Assembly: GCA_016235455.1 (NCBI GenBank)
Contig: JACRKZ010000057.1
Location: 1 to 64,000 of the forward strand
Source: Armatimonadota bacterium
GTDB taxonomy: Bacteria > Armatimonadota > UBA10988
Reading direction: 5' to 3'
DNA: 64,000 nt
Shown here: one piece after another, positions 52,630 through 62,497 of the stretch
Position numbering within the stretch: the first letter of the stretch is position 1
Layout: each line of letters starts with the position of its first letter
Program-made: the position numbers and the translations under genes
The notes under the pieces: model-generated
Told to the model about the DNA's origin: nothing
What the model saw: the letters and a program-made list of their open reading frames with translations, nothing else
The model's database searches: none

Positions 52630-53445
52630 TCAGGCGGACACTTCCACGTCGCCGGCGGCGCCGCGAATGGCCTCGGTGAGTCGGGAGGGCTCGGAGATCA
52701 AGTCCGAGACGTTCTGGGCCAGGTTCACGAACTCCGAGGGGATCATGATGATCGTCGTCGTGTTCTGCTCGGTGCCCACTTCACTGAGCATCTGCATGCG
52801 GCGCAGTTCGAGCGCGACGGGGCTGTTGCCCATCTCCTTGGCGGCGACCGTCAGCTTCAGCGAGGCCTCGGCTTCGGCCTCGGCCTTGATCAGGCGGGCT
52901 CGCTTCTCGCGGGCGGCCTCTGCTTCCTTGGCCATGGCGCGCTGCATGTTCGGCGGGATCTCGACGTCCTTCATCTCCACCATCTCGACGGCGACGCCCC
53001 ACGGGTCGGTGGCTTCGGCGACGATCTGCAAGATGACCTCGTTGATCTTGTCGCGATCGCGCAGCATCTCGTCGAGCATGTGCTGGCCGATGACGTTGCG
53101 CAGCGTGGTCAGCGCCACCTGATAGACCGCCGAGCGGTAGTCGGCGACCTTGATGATGGCCCGCTGCGGATCGTTGATCTTGTACCACAGCACGGCGTTG
53201 ACCTTGATCGTCACGCTGTCCTTGGTGATGGTCTCCTGCGGCTCCACGTTGACCGTGTTGGTGCGCATGTCGACCTTGCGCTGGGTTTCGATGCCCAGCG
53301 GTATGAGCCAGTAGAGGCCTGGCCCGCGAATGCCCGCGAACCGGCCCAGGCGGAAGACCACGCCGCGCTCATACTCCTGGCAGACCCGCAGGCCGGACAG
53401 AGCCACGCCCACGACGCCCAGTAACAGAGCAGCCAACAGTTCCAT
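52630..53445 (-). CDS. SPFH/band-7 stomatin-like (slipin) protein
   Basis: EYERGVVFRLGR, GPGL, Q.TIT.D.V.IKVNAV, TTLR.VIG, MQRAMA.EAEA.RE.RA, AL.LR..Q.L. Confidence 0.92.
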   Translation of the reverse strand: MELLAALLLGVVGVALSGLRVCQEYERGVVFRLGRFAGIRGPGLYWLIPLGIETQRKVDMRTNTVNVEPQETITKDSVTIKVNAVLWYKINDPQRAIIKVADYRSAVYQVALTTLRNVIGQHMLDEMLRDRDKINEVILQIVAEATDPWGVAVEMVEMKDVEIPPNMQRAMAKEAEAAREKRARLIKAEAEAEASLKLTVAAKEMGNSPVALELRRMQMLSEVGTEQNTTTIIMIPSEFVNLAQNVSDLISEPSRLTEAIRGAAGDVEVSA

Positions 53446-53565
53446 GGCAGATCATCCTTTGTCGACCCGAACGAACCGGCACAGCGATTCGTGCCCGCGC
53501 AGCGCGCGGGTCCAGCCGACTCGTGCTCGTTCGCGCCCGGATGCCGTGGACCTGCTCGGCGCAGG

Positions 53566-54372
53566 CTACTTGGTCGGCGCCGAGGGTTTGCTGCTCGATG
53601 GCGCGGGTGACTTGGCGGCCGGCGCTGGCGCCTTCTCCGGGGCTGGCGCTGGCGCTGGCGTGGTGCTGGCGCTGGCGGCTGGCGCGGAGGCGGTCGGCGC
53701 GGACGCCGCTGGCGCGGGCGCCTCAGCTTCAGCCTTGGCGGCCAACGGCGCCAGTGAGGCCAGCATGGTGTCGATGGCCTTCTGCGCGGCGTCACCGGGG
53801 GCGAAGCCGGCGAACAGGTAGACCGTGTTGCCATCGCCCAGGCCGGCGATGAAGGTGGCGGTGGCCTGTTTGAGGCCCAGCGCCGGATAGGCACCCACTG
53901 CCCGCAGGGCGAGCGCGCCAGTGATGCCGCCCAGTGGCGGGGCGGTGGCATCGGTGAGCGTCAGGCCGGCGTCCAGCGACTTGCGCAGGCCGGCCAGGAT
54001 GGCGGTGGGCGCCTTGGCCGGGTCGGCTTCGCCCAGGTTGGCCTCGGCCACCTTGGCCAGTACCAGCAGTGGCGTCTCGGCGGCAGCGGTCTGCTCAAGC
54101 ACCACGGGCTGCGGGTCGCTGGGCAACAGGCTGATCCGGCCTGGCGACTCGCGCCTGGCCCAGCCCTCGGCCGGCGTGATGCGCAAGCCCAAGTCGGTCA
54201 GGTCCAGCGCCGCCAGTGGTGCCGGCGGGGCTGACGGGGCCGAGGCAGTGCTCAGGGAGTCCGGGGTTGGCATCGGTGCGGGCGCTGTTCTGGCCGCCGG
54301 TGGCCGGCAGGCGCTGAGGGCCAGCAGCCCCGCGCAGACCATCGCCCATCGTCCAGCTCGCCTCACACGCAT
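53566..54372 (-). CDS. Hypothetical lipoprotein with Pro/Ala-rich ends
   Basis: Lipobox LLALSAC after a basic N-terminus; PsbP-like core (P.GW); APAPA-rich tail; RBS GGAG. Confidence 0.65.
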   Translation of the reverse strand: MRVRRAGRWAMVCAGLLALSACRPPAARTAPAPMPTPDSLSTASAPSAPPAPLAALDLTDLGLRITPAEGWARRESPGRISLLPSDPQPVVLEQTAAAETPLLVLAKVAEANLGEADPAKAPTAILAGLRKSLDAGLTLTDATAPPLGGITGALALRAVGAYPALGLKQATATFIAGLGDGNTVYLFAGFAPGDAAQKAIDTMLASLAPLAAKAEAEAPAPAASAPTASAPAASASTTPAPAPAPEKAPAPAAKSPAPSSSKPSAPTK

Positions 54373-54397
54373 GGTGCCTTGCTCCGTTGGTTGCGCG

Positions 54398-55723
54398 CTA
54401 GAATACCACACCCAGCAACGGGCCGTCGGGGTCGGCGAAGCCCTCGGCCGGCTGCTGGCCCGGTAGCCAGACGATCTGGTCGCCAAGCACCACCAGCGGC
54501 ACGCGGTCGCGCGCCGGGGCCGGTACTCCCTGCTCCGCCAGCCAGTCGCCCAGCGGCTTGCGCGGTCGGCCAGCGGGCTGGTAGTGGTCGCCGGGGCGCC
54601 GACTGCGCACCGTATAGCGGCCGGCCCGCAGGCAGGCGCACAGCTCGCCAGGGCCGCAGCCCAGACGCGGCACGCCGGCCGGCAGTGCCGCGCCAAGCTC
54701 GACGGGGCCCCACGGCGTTGGCGCGGGCCAGTGGGCCACGGCCAGCCGCGACCCGCACCGCGTGGCGGTGGCTGCGCCCAGCACTCGCGGCCACGTCAAC
54801 GGCCGGGCGTCGGCGCGTCCACCGGCCAGCGTGTCCAGCGACTCGACCAGCACGGCATCGACCTCGGCCAGCGTGCCGCGCCAGCTTCCGAGCCAGGCCC
54901 GCAGCAGCAGGTGCCGCTCGGGCTGGGCCATGGCCGACCAGCCCGAGACGTCGAGCACCGCCGCGCCGAGCCCGGCGATGAAGCTGGCCGGCTCGGGTAC
55001 TATGCGCCGGCCGTCCAGCAGGAGCTGGCCGTAGTTGTCCAGCGCCTGTCGGTCCAGGTCACAGACGCCCGCCGCGCGGGCCACGGCCTGCCTGGCGCCG
55101 GGTCGGAGCGTCTCCAGCAGCGGCAGCACCTGAGCCCGCACGCGTGCGCGCAGGTTGCCGTCCTGGTTGGTCGGGTCGTTGACCACGGGCAGCGCGTGGG
55201 CGGCGGCATAGGCGGCGAGTTCGGCGCGGGCGCAGTCGAGCAGCGGCCGCGCCAGGCGGCCCGAGCGCGCCGGCATAGCGCCCAGCCCGCGGGTGCCGGC
55301 TCCGCGCAGCAGGTTGAGCAGCAACGTCTCGGCGCGGTCGTCGGCGCTGTGGCCCAGGGTGATGTGCTCGGCGCCGACCTCGTCGGCGCAGCGGCGCAGG
55401 AAGGCATGGCGTTGGTCGCGCGCGCCGGCCTCGTCGTGACACGGCGCGTCGGCGCGCCCCAGGCGCACCGGCCAGCCCTGCTGTTCGGCCCAGGCGGCGG
55501 TGGCGGCGGCCTCGGCGGCGCTCTCGGGCCGTTGGCCGTGGTCGAAGACGGCGACGGTCAGCCGCCAGCCGAACTCCGGTGCGAGCCGGCCGAGAAGGTG
55601 GAGCAGGCTGAGGCTATCGGCTCCACCGGAGACCGCGACGAGGATGGTGGCGTCGCGCGGCAGCAGGTGGTACCGGTCGAGGGTGGTGCGAACTCGTGGC
55701 AGCAAGTCGAGCGAGTGCGTCAT
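54398..55723 (-). CDS. tilS: tRNA(Ile)-lysidine synthetase
   Basis: VAVSGGADS..LL, DHGQR, E..AR..R, LGH.ADD.AET.LLNL.RG.G..GL, RPLL, DPTN, C-terminal R...GD.....G..K.L...VP...R..VP. Confidence 0.92.
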   Translation of the reverse strand: MTHSLDLLPRVRTTLDRYHLLPRDATILVAVSGGADSLSLLHLLGRLAPEFGWRLTVAVFDHGQRPESAAEAAATAAWAEQQGWPVRLGRADAPCHDEAGARDQRHAFLRRCADEVGAEHITLGHSADDRAETLLLNLLRGAGTRGLGAMPARSGRLARPLLDCARAELAAYAAAHALPVVNDPTNQDGNLRARVRAQVLPLLETLRPGARQAVARAAGVCDLDRQALDNYGQLLLDGRRIVPEPASFIAGLGAAVLDVSGWSAMAQPERHLLLRAWLGSWRGTLAEVDAVLVESLDTLAGGRADARPLTWPRVLGAATATRCGSRLAVAHWPAPTPWGPVELGAALPAGVPRLGCGPGELCACLRAGRYTVRSRRPGDHYQPAGRPRKPLGDWLAEQGVPAPARDRVPLVVLGDQIVWLPGQQPAEGFADPDGPLLGVVF

Positions 55724-55753
55724 GCCTACCGTGCTCCGCGCCGACGGGCTGGC

Positions 55754-56893
55754 TCAGGAGCGCCACAGCCAACGCCGAACGGCCTCGTGGCCGTGGCGTT
55801 CGCGGCCCGTGTCGGCCGCCCACAGCTCGGTGAACCGCTCCGGCCCAGCCATGGGCCGGTTGTGGCGATAGGCCAGATAGGGCACCGGCTGGTTGACGTG
55901 GCGGCGCGATTCCAGAGAGCAAGCGTAGTCGCACAGCACCGTGATGTCCAGGTCGGTGCCGGTGCCCACACGCGCCCAGAGCGGCGCCAGGACATAGCGG
56001 TCGAGTGCGCTGACCAGGTCGGCGCGCTTCTCGGCATCGCCCGCGTGGGCCAGCGTGTCAGCCGCGCTGGACTGTGAGATGACCGTCGTGGCATGGTCGA
56101 GCCGCGCCACCAGCTCGTCGGCGATGCCGGCCAGCGTACGGCCGGCGGCGGCGCGCGGCGCATTGAGCCCGCAGGCCCGCGCCACGCCACGCACGGCGTG
56201 GTTCTCGCTGATCAGGCTGGTCATCTGGCCGCTGCGCAGCACGAACATCGGCAGTTCGGGCGCACGACCCAGGCCCCACGGCCACAGCGCGTCGAGCGAA
56301 GGCAGGCCCTGGTCGGCGCGCGCGCGGTTGACGTCGTGGCCAGCCAGCAGCTCGCGCGAAATGTCGATGATGCGGCGCACCTCGTGGTCACGCTCGCCCG
56401 ACGGCAGCTGTGCCTCGGCATCGGTCAGCTCGCCCGGCGGCACGCAGCGAACCTCCATCGGGCCTTCGTTCCAGACCGCCAGCGCTGTGGTCGGACGCAC
56501 GCTGCGGATGGCCAGCCGCGGCGTGGAGAGCGCCGCGCTCAGGTCGCGCCACAGCAGCGCCGCGTCGGCCTCGTCAGGCGGCGTGGGGCGTGGGTCGACC
56601 GCGCCTGTCAGGCTGATCAGATCGAGCCGCGCGCCGACATCGCGGCGGTCGAGCGAGGGGCCCGCGCCAAGCACTTCCAGCGGCCCGCGCGCCAGGCCAA
56701 CGGGCGAGTAGCCCAGCAGCGCGGCGGTGGTCAGGTCGACGCCGAGTGCCGCCGCGTCGGGCACGGGCTGCACCAGCCCGACCTCGGACACGCGGGCCAT
56801 GGCGTCGAGCGTGGGCGTCGAGCCGTGCATGAGCGCGGTGTCCGTGCCGGGCGGCTCGGACAGTCCGCTGAAGATGAGCAGCACGTGGGCCAC
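55754..56893 (-). CDS. Cofactor-independent phosphoglycerate-mutase (ApgM/ThrH-like) homologue, apparently catalytically degenerate
   Basis: Scaffold motifs TP.LD.MA, LLGY.P....RGPLE, LP.G, L..H.VN..R...G....W.WG.G, H...PVP, RFTE are present, but catalytic motifs are altered (see findings); GTG start 56893. Confidence 0.75.
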   Translation of the reverse strand: MAHVLLIFSGLSEPPGTDTALMHGSTPTLDAMARVSEVGLVQPVPDAAALGVDLTTAALLGYSPVGLARGPLEVLGAGPSLDRRDVGARLDLISLTGAVDPRPTPPDEADAALLWRDLSAALSTPRLAIRSVRPTTALAVWNEGPMEVRCVPPGELTDAEAQLPSGERDHEVRRIIDISRELLAGHDVNRARADQGLPSLDALWPWGLGRAPELPMFVLRSGQMTSLISENHAVRGVARACGLNAPRAAAGRTLAGIADELVARLDHATTVISQSSAADTLAHAGDAEKRADLVSALDRYVLAPLWARVGTGTDLDITVLCDYACSLESRRHVNQPVPYLAYRHNRPMAGPERFTELWAADTGRERHGHEAVRRWLWRS

Positions 56894-56895
56894 GG

Positions 56896-57786
56896 CTAGA
56901 TGTCGGTCTGGCCCGTGAGGCGGGTCAGCGCTTCCATGTAGCGCGCACGGGTGATGGCCACCACTTCGGGCGTGGGCTCGGGACCGGGCGGGGTCTTGTC
57001 CCAGGTCAGCGTGTCCAGCCAATCGCGCAGGAACTGCTTGTCCATGGCGCGCTGCGCCTGGCCCGGCGTGTACTCGTCCACGTCCCAGAAGCGCGAGGAG
57101 TCAGGCGTCAGCACCTCGTCGATGAGCGCCAGTTCGCCGTCGATCAGGCCGAACTCGAACTTGGTGTCGGCGATGATCACGCCGCGCTCGCGAGCGTAGG
57201 CCGCGCCGTCGGTGTAGATGGCCAGCGCCGTGTCACGCAACTGCTCCGCGCGCGCCTGGCCCACGATGGCCACGCAGCGGTCGAAGCTGATGTTCTCGTC
57301 GTGCCCTTCGACCGCCTTGGTCGAAGGCGTGAAGATGGCCTCGGGCAGCTGGTCGGACTCGCGCAGGCCGGCGGGCAGGGCAATGCCACAGACGGTCTGG
57401 CTGCGCTGGTATTCCTTCCAGCCGCTACCGGCCAGATAGCCGCGGACGATGCACTCGACGGGCATGGCCTCGGCCTTCCGGACCCACATCGAGCGGCCCG
57501 TCAACGAGTCGCGGCTGGCCTGGAAGGCGGCGGGGAACTGGTTCTCGTCAGCGCTCACGCGATGGTGCTTGACGCCGGCGGCGGCGAAGCGGTCCAGCCA
57601 GAAGTTGGTCAGCGCGGTGAGAATCTTGCCGCGGTCGGGCACCGGCTTGGGCAGCACAACATCGTAGGCCGACACGCGGTCGGTGGCCACGATGAGCAGA
57701 TCGTCGCCGAGATTGAAGACATCGCGGACCTTGCCGCGATAGTCGGGCTGACGACCGTCGAGTACGGCCTCCATCAGACCGGCCAT
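56896..57786 (-). CDS. purC: SAICAR synthase
   Basis: GKVRD, VATDR.SAYD, PVECIVRGYL.GSGWKEY, FTPSTKA..GHDENI, IIADTKFEFG, DEVLTPDSSRFW, DKQF.RDWL. Confidence 0.96.
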   Translation of the reverse strand: MAGLMEAVLDGRQPDYRGKVRDVFNLGDDLLIVATDRVSAYDVVLPKPVPDRGKILTALTNFWLDRFAAAGVKHHRVSADENQFPAAFQASRDSLTGRSMWVRKAEAMPVECIVRGYLAGSGWKEYQRSQTVCGIALPAGLRESDQLPEAIFTPSTKAVEGHDENISFDRCVAIVGQARAEQLRDTALAIYTDGAAYARERGVIIADTKFEFGLIDGELALIDEVLTPDSSRFWDVDEYTPGQAQRAMDKQFLRDWLDTLTWDKTPPGPEPTPEVVAITRARYMEALTRLTGQTDI

Positions 57787-57807
57787 GGGTTCACCTCCAG
57801 GCAGGGA

Positions 57808-59112
57808 CTAGGCGTCGACGCCGAAGCAGCGGAACACATTGCAGATATCGACCACTTCGTCCAGCCCATCCATGGTGGCCAGACTGGCGCGGATGTTGGC
57901 CTCGGTGGTGTCGTGGGTTATCCACACCAGCTCGGCCAAGCCGGCCGTGAGGTCGTCGGTGATGCGCGTCTGCAGCACCTGCGCGATGCTCACGCCGTGG
58001 CTGCCGAGGATGCCGGCCAGCTCGGCCAGCACGCCCACGCGGTCGGCCACGCGCATGCGCACGTAGTAGCTCGACTCGATCTCGTCCACGGTGGCCACGG
58101 TGCGGTGGCCCGAGAAGCCCAGCGGATAGCTGCGCTGGCCGCCGCGACCCAGGTTGCGCGCCACGGTGATGATGTCGCCGGCCACCGCGGAGCCGGTCGG
58201 ATCGGCGCCGGCGCCGCGACCATAGAACATGACCTGACCCACCGGTGCCGCCTCGACGAAGATGGCGTTGAACACGTCGTTGACGTTAGCCAGCGGATGC
58301 GTCTCGGGCACCAGGCACGGGCTGACGCGCAATTCCAGCTTCTCGCCGCGGTCCTTGGCCACGGCCAGCAGCTTGAAGCGGTAGCCGAGGTTGCGCGCCA
58401 GGGTGATGTCGGCCGGCGTGATGCTGCTGATGCCCTCGCGACAGACCTGCTCCTCGGAGACGGCGGTGTCGAAGGCCAGCATGGCCAGAATGGTCAGCTT
58501 GTAGGCCGCGTCGTGCCCGTCGATATCGGCCGACGGGTCGGATTCGGCGTAGCCCTTGGCCTGCGCTTCGGCCAGCAGGTCGTCAAACGCCTGGCCCGAG
58601 CGGGTCATGGCGCTCAGGATGTAGTTGGTGGTGCCGTTGATGATGCCTACCACCTGCTTGACACGGTTGGCGGTGAGGCCGCTGCCCAGCGGCTGGATGA
58701 TCGGGATGCCGCCGCCGACGCTGCCCTCGAAGGCCAGGTCGACATGGTGCTTGTCGGCCAGGGCAAACAGCTCCAGGCCGTGCTTGGCGATCAGCTCCTT
58801 GTTGGCGGTGACCACGCTCTTGCCGGCGCTGAGCGCGGCAATCACGGCTTCGCGAGCGATGCCCACGCCGCCGATCACCTCGACCACCACATCGATGTCG
58901 TCGGCCGTGGCGACGGCCATCGTATCGGTTGTGAGTTCCAGGTCGGTCGTGTCGACCGCGCGATGACGCTCGGTGTCACGTACCGCGGCGCGCACGGGCA
59001 AAAGCTCGGCGCCGACGCGCCGCGCGATGGCCTCGCGCTCGGCAGTCAGCGCGGCCAACGCGCCGCTGCCCACCGTACCTAGACCCAGGAAACCGATGCG
59101 AATGGTCTTCAA
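57808..59112 (-). CDS. hom: Homoserine dehydrogenase with C-terminal ACT domain
   Basis: GFLGLGTVG, VVTANK, FE.SVGGGIP, GI.NGTTNYIL, GYAE.DP..D..G.DAA.K, G.GAG..PT.SAV; TTG start after GGAGG. Confidence 0.95.
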   Translation of the reverse strand: MKTIRIGFLGLGTVGSGALAALTAEREAIARRVGAELLPVRAAVRDTERHRAVDTTDLELTTDTMAVATADDIDVVVEVIGGVGIAREAVIAALSAGKSVVTANKELIAKHGLELFALADKHHVDLAFEGSVGGGIPIIQPLGSGLTANRVKQVVGIINGTTNYILSAMTRSGQAFDDLLAEAQAKGYAESDPSADIDGHDAAYKLTILAMLAFDTAVSEEQVCREGISSITPADITLARNLGYRFKLLAVAKDRGEKLELRVSPCLVPETHPLANVNDVFNAIFVEAAPVGQVMFYGRGAGADPTGSAVAGDIITVARNLGRGGQRSYPLGFSGHRTVATVDEIESSYYVRMRVADRVGVLAELAGILGSHGVSIAQVLQTRITDDLTAGLAELVWITHDTTEANIRASLATMDGLDEVVDICNVFRCFGVDA

Positions 59113-59558
59113 CCCACATCCTCCAACGGCTCGAACTCCATCAACACTTCGCCGGTGACCACCAACTGCTCGTTGGCCGCCACCACGCGCGACAGCCGGC
59201 CATGGAAGCCAACGGGGATCTCGTTGAAGATCTTCATGGCTTCGATGAGGCAGGCCACGTCGTCGGGCTCGACCACGTCGCCAACCTGCACAAAGACCGG
59301 CTCGCTGGGCGAGGGCGACCGATAGAACACGCCGGTGATCGGCGATCTGAGGCGCAGCAGGTGGCTGGTGTCTTCGACGGCTTCGCCCCCCGGGCCCGCG
59401 CCGGCCGCGACCAGGGCGCCGGCCACAGGCCGCGCCGACGGCACGGAGGTGATGCTCACCTCGGCGTCGTCTTCGGTCACGCTCAGGCCTTCGAGCCCGT
59501 GGCGTTCCACGATCTCGATCAGCCGTCGCACCTCGGTCAGGTCTACCAATGGGTCCAT
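59109..59558 (-). CDS. accB: Biotin carboxyl carrier protein of acetyl-CoA carboxylase
   Basis: SPITGVFYRSPSP...FV.VGD.V, IEAMKIFNEI (biotinyl-Lys motif). Confidence 0.92.
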   Translation of the reverse strand: MDPLVDLTEVRRLIEIVERHGLEGLSVTEDDAEVSITSVPSARPVAGALVAAGAGPGGEAVEDTSHLLRLRSPITGVFYRSPSPSEPVFVQVGDVVEPDDVACLIEAMKIFNEIPVGFHGRLSRVVAANEQLVVTGEVLMEFEPLEDVG

Positions 59559-59615
59559 CCGCCTGCCAATCCGTCCCGCGTGTGGCCCCAAAGGGCCGCC
59601 TGCCGCGATCCGTCG

Positions 59616-59644
59616 AGTGTACGGCACGGCCCCCGGCCGGTCAA
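59616..59644 (-). promoter_or_regulatory. Sigma-70 promoter of the accB-hom-purC operon
   Basis: TTGACC-N17-TACACT on the minus strand. Confidence 0.6.
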
Positions 59645-59854
59645 CCCCGGCCGGTTGGCGGCTGCACGGCTGACGGCGGTGCGAGGCGTGAGTTCGGGGG
59701 GCGGTGCGCTCCGTCGGACTGGTCCGAGACAGCGACCGAGACGACGACGCGTGCGTCTCCAACCACAGGCGTGGCTGCGCGCTCCATTCAACCCAACGCT
59801 ACCGCAGCCTGCCCGGTGCGCATACCGGGTTATACTGAACGCGGAGGATACGTC

Positions 59855-62497
59855 TTGGTCCGAGAACCCGCGGGTAGTCTGGAACAGCGCCTGGCCGAGG
59901 AAGTGCTGCCGCTGGTCGGCAAGCCATCACGCTACCTGGGCACCGAGCTCAACAGCGTACACAAGGATCCCGCGCGCACGACGTTGCGTGCGGTGCTGGC
60001 GTTCCCGGACAGCTACGACCTGGGCCTGGGCAACCTGGGTCTGCAGATCCTGTATGGCATCCTCAACAGCCGGCCCGAGATCTGGTGTGAGCGTGTCTGC
60101 GCGCCGCACGGCGACCTGGAGCAGGTGTTGCGCGCCAAGGGGCTGCCGCTCTTCTCGCTGGAGAGCAAGCGCCCGCTGCACGCCTTCGATCTGGTCGGCT
60201 TCACGCTGCAGTGGGAACTGACCTACACCAATCTGCTCAACATGCTCGACCTGGGCGGCATTCCGGTGCTGGCCAGCGAGCGCGGCGACGAGCACCCCAT
60301 CGTGGTGGCCGGCGGACCGTGCTCTCACAACCCCGAGCCGCTGGCGCTGTTCATCGATGCGTTCGTCATCGGCGACGGCGAGGAGGTGGTGCTGGAGGTG
60401 GCCGACGCGGTGGCCGCGCGGGGTGGACGCGAAGCCGTCCTCGACCGGCTGGCCGCGCTGCCGGGCGTGTATGTGCCCTCACGCTTCCCCGAGCCGGTGC
60501 TGGTCGGCGACTGGCTGACGCCGGCGCCGGGCGCGCCGCGGGTGACCAAACGCGTGGTGCGCGACCTCGATGCGGCGCCGTTCCAGGCGCGGCAGATTGT
60601 GCCGTTTGCCGAGCAGATCCACGACCGCGTGAGCATCGAAGTGCTGCGCGGCTGCACCCATGGCTGTCGCTTCTGCCAGGCCGGCATGGTCACGCGGCCC
60701 GTGCGCGAGCGCTCGCTGCCCACGCTGGCGCGGCTGCAAACCGAGGCCATGGCCGCCACCGGCTACGAGGAGGTGTCGCTGGTCTCGCTCTCCACCTGCG
60801 ACCACAGCCGCGCGCGGTCGCTGGCGCGGCAGGCGGTGGAACTCGCCACGCCCGACCACATCACCGTCAGCCTGCCGTCGCTGCGGCTGGACAGCTACAG
60901 CGTCGACCTGTCGGCCCAAGTGGGCTCGGCGCGCAAGAGCGGGTTGACCTTCGCTCCCGAAGCTGCCACCGACCGGTTGCGCGCGGTGATCAACAAGCCC
61001 ATCGGCGACGAGGAACTGCTGGCCACGGCCGACGCCTGCTATCGCCGCGGCTTTGAGTCCATCAAGCTGTATTTCATGATCGGCCTGCCCACCGAGACCG
61101 ACGAGGACGTGCTGGCCATCGGCGATCTGGCGACGCGTGTGTTCCGGCTCGGCCAGAGCCTGAACCGCCGCGCCAAGGTCAACCTCGGTGTGAGCACCTT
61201 CGTGCCCAAGCCCTGGACGCCGTTCCAGTGGGCGGCGCAGATCGGTGGCGAGGAGACCATTCGCCGGCAGCGGCTGCTGCGTGGCGTCCTGCCCAAGGCA
61301 GTCAAGTTTGGCCGCCACGACGCCATGGCCTCGCACCTGGAGGGGCTCATTGGCCGCCTCGACCGCCGCGGCGGCTGGCTGCTCTACTGGGCCTGGCAAG
61401 AGGGCTGCCGCATGGACGGCTGGACCGAACTGCTGGACGGCGACGCCTGGGACCGCGCCATCGGCCGCTGGGAGAGCGAGTTCGGCGTGACCGTGGCCCA
61501 GGCTCAAGGCGAACGTGACCTCGCGCAGCCGTTGCCCTGGGACCATCTCGATGTGCTGGTCGACCGCGATTGGCTGGTGAACGACTGGCACCGCGCGCTG
61601 GCCGGCGAGTGCGAGCGCGACTGCCGCCAGGAAGGCTGCCATCGCTGTGGTGTCATCGGCGCCGAGCCCAAGGCCTGCGCCACCATGCTGGCCACCTCGC
61701 GCGATGGCGTCGCGGCCGAGGCCGAACTGCCCTCCACCCGGCCGCCGCGCTGGACCGAGCCCGATCCCATCGGCAAAATCCGCTTCCGCTGGCGGCGCGA
61801 GGGGCTGGCCCGCCTGACCAGCCACCATGAGGTACTCAACGTCTTCATCCGCGCCATGCGCCGCGCGGGCGTGCCGATGCGCTACAGCGAAGGCTTCCAT
61901 CCGCACGCTTCGCTGAGCTTCGTCACGGCCTTGCGCGTGGGCATGGAGACCGAGGGCGACTGGTGCGATGTGATCGTCACCGAAGCTATGAGCCCCAATG
62001 AGTTCGTCACCAAGGTGGACGCCGAGTTGCCTGAGGGCTTCGGCATCACGCGGGCCTGGGCGGTGCCTATGGAGACGCCCGCGCTCATGGCCACCTACAA
62101 GGCGGCGCGCTACGTGGCGCATGTGCCGCTCGACCTGGCCGGCGACGTGCCCGACAGCCGCGCCGCCGAACTGCTGGCCGGCGACGAGGTCATCGTCTCG
62201 CGACGCGGGAAGGATCGCGACCGCATCGTGTTCCGCCCGCTCAATATCCGCTCGATGATCCGCAGTCTGTCGATGACGACCGCGTCGGACGGCAGCAAGA
62301 TGATCGCCATGGAACTGGTGCCCGACGCCCAGGACCGGCTGCCCAAGGCCGACGAGGTGGTGGCCGCGCTGTTCCGGCTCGATGCCGAGGCGCTGGCCCG
62401 GGTCGGGTTCCGCAAGCTCGCCAGCTACTTGGTGCGTGGCGACTCGCTCGAAGAGCCGCAGCCGCCCACGGGCGGGCTGGTCGGAGGTGGTAGCTAG
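59855..62497 (+). CDS. Radical SAM protein (TIGR03960-like) fused to radical-SAM-linked DUF2344/TIGR03936-like domain
   Basis: V.KPSRYLG.E.N, FPD.Y..G..NLG, RGCTHGCRFCQAG (CxxxCxxC), GLTFAPEA, KLYFMIGLP.ET, FVPKP.TPFQW; C-domain SH......F.RA.RRA..P..YSEGF.PH; TTG start after GGAGG and -10 TATACT. Confidence 0.88.
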   Translation: MVREPAGSLEQRLAEEVLPLVGKPSRYLGTELNSVHKDPARTTLRAVLAFPDSYDLGLGNLGLQILYGILNSRPEIWCERVCAPHGDLEQVLRAKGLPLFSLESKRPLHAFDLVGFTLQWELTYTNLLNMLDLGGIPVLASERGDEHPIVVAGGPCSHNPEPLALFIDAFVIGDGEEVVLEVADAVAARGGREAVLDRLAALPGVYVPSRFPEPVLVGDWLTPAPGAPRVTKRVVRDLDAAPFQARQIVPFAEQIHDRVSIEVLRGCTHGCRFCQAGMVTRPVRERSLPTLARLQTEAMAATGYEEVSLVSLSTCDHSRARSLARQAVELATPDHITVSLPSLRLDSYSVDLSAQVGSARKSGLTFAPEAATDRLRAVINKPIGDEELLATADACYRRGFESIKLYFMIGLPTETDEDVLAIGDLATRVFRLGQSLNRRAKVNLGVSTFVPKPWTPFQWAAQIGGEETIRRQRLLRGVLPKAVKFGRHDAMASHLEGLIGRLDRRGGWLLYWAWQEGCRMDGWTELLDGDAWDRAIGRWESEFGVTVAQAQGERDLAQPLPWDHLDVLVDRDWLVNDWHRALAGECERDCRQEGCHRCGVIGAEPKACATMLATSRDGVAAEAELPSTRPPRWTEPDPIGKIRFRWRREGLARLTSHHEVLNVFIRAMRRAGVPMRYSEGFHPHASLSFVTALRVGMETEGDWCDVIVTEAMSPNEFVTKVDAELPEGFGITRAWAVPMETPALMATYKAARYVAHVPLDLAGDVPDSRAAELLAGDEVIVSRRGKDRDRIVFRPLNIRSMIRSLSMTTASDGSKMIAMELVPDAQDRLPKADEVVAALFRLDAEALARVGFRKLASYLVRGDSLEEPQPPTGGLVGGGS

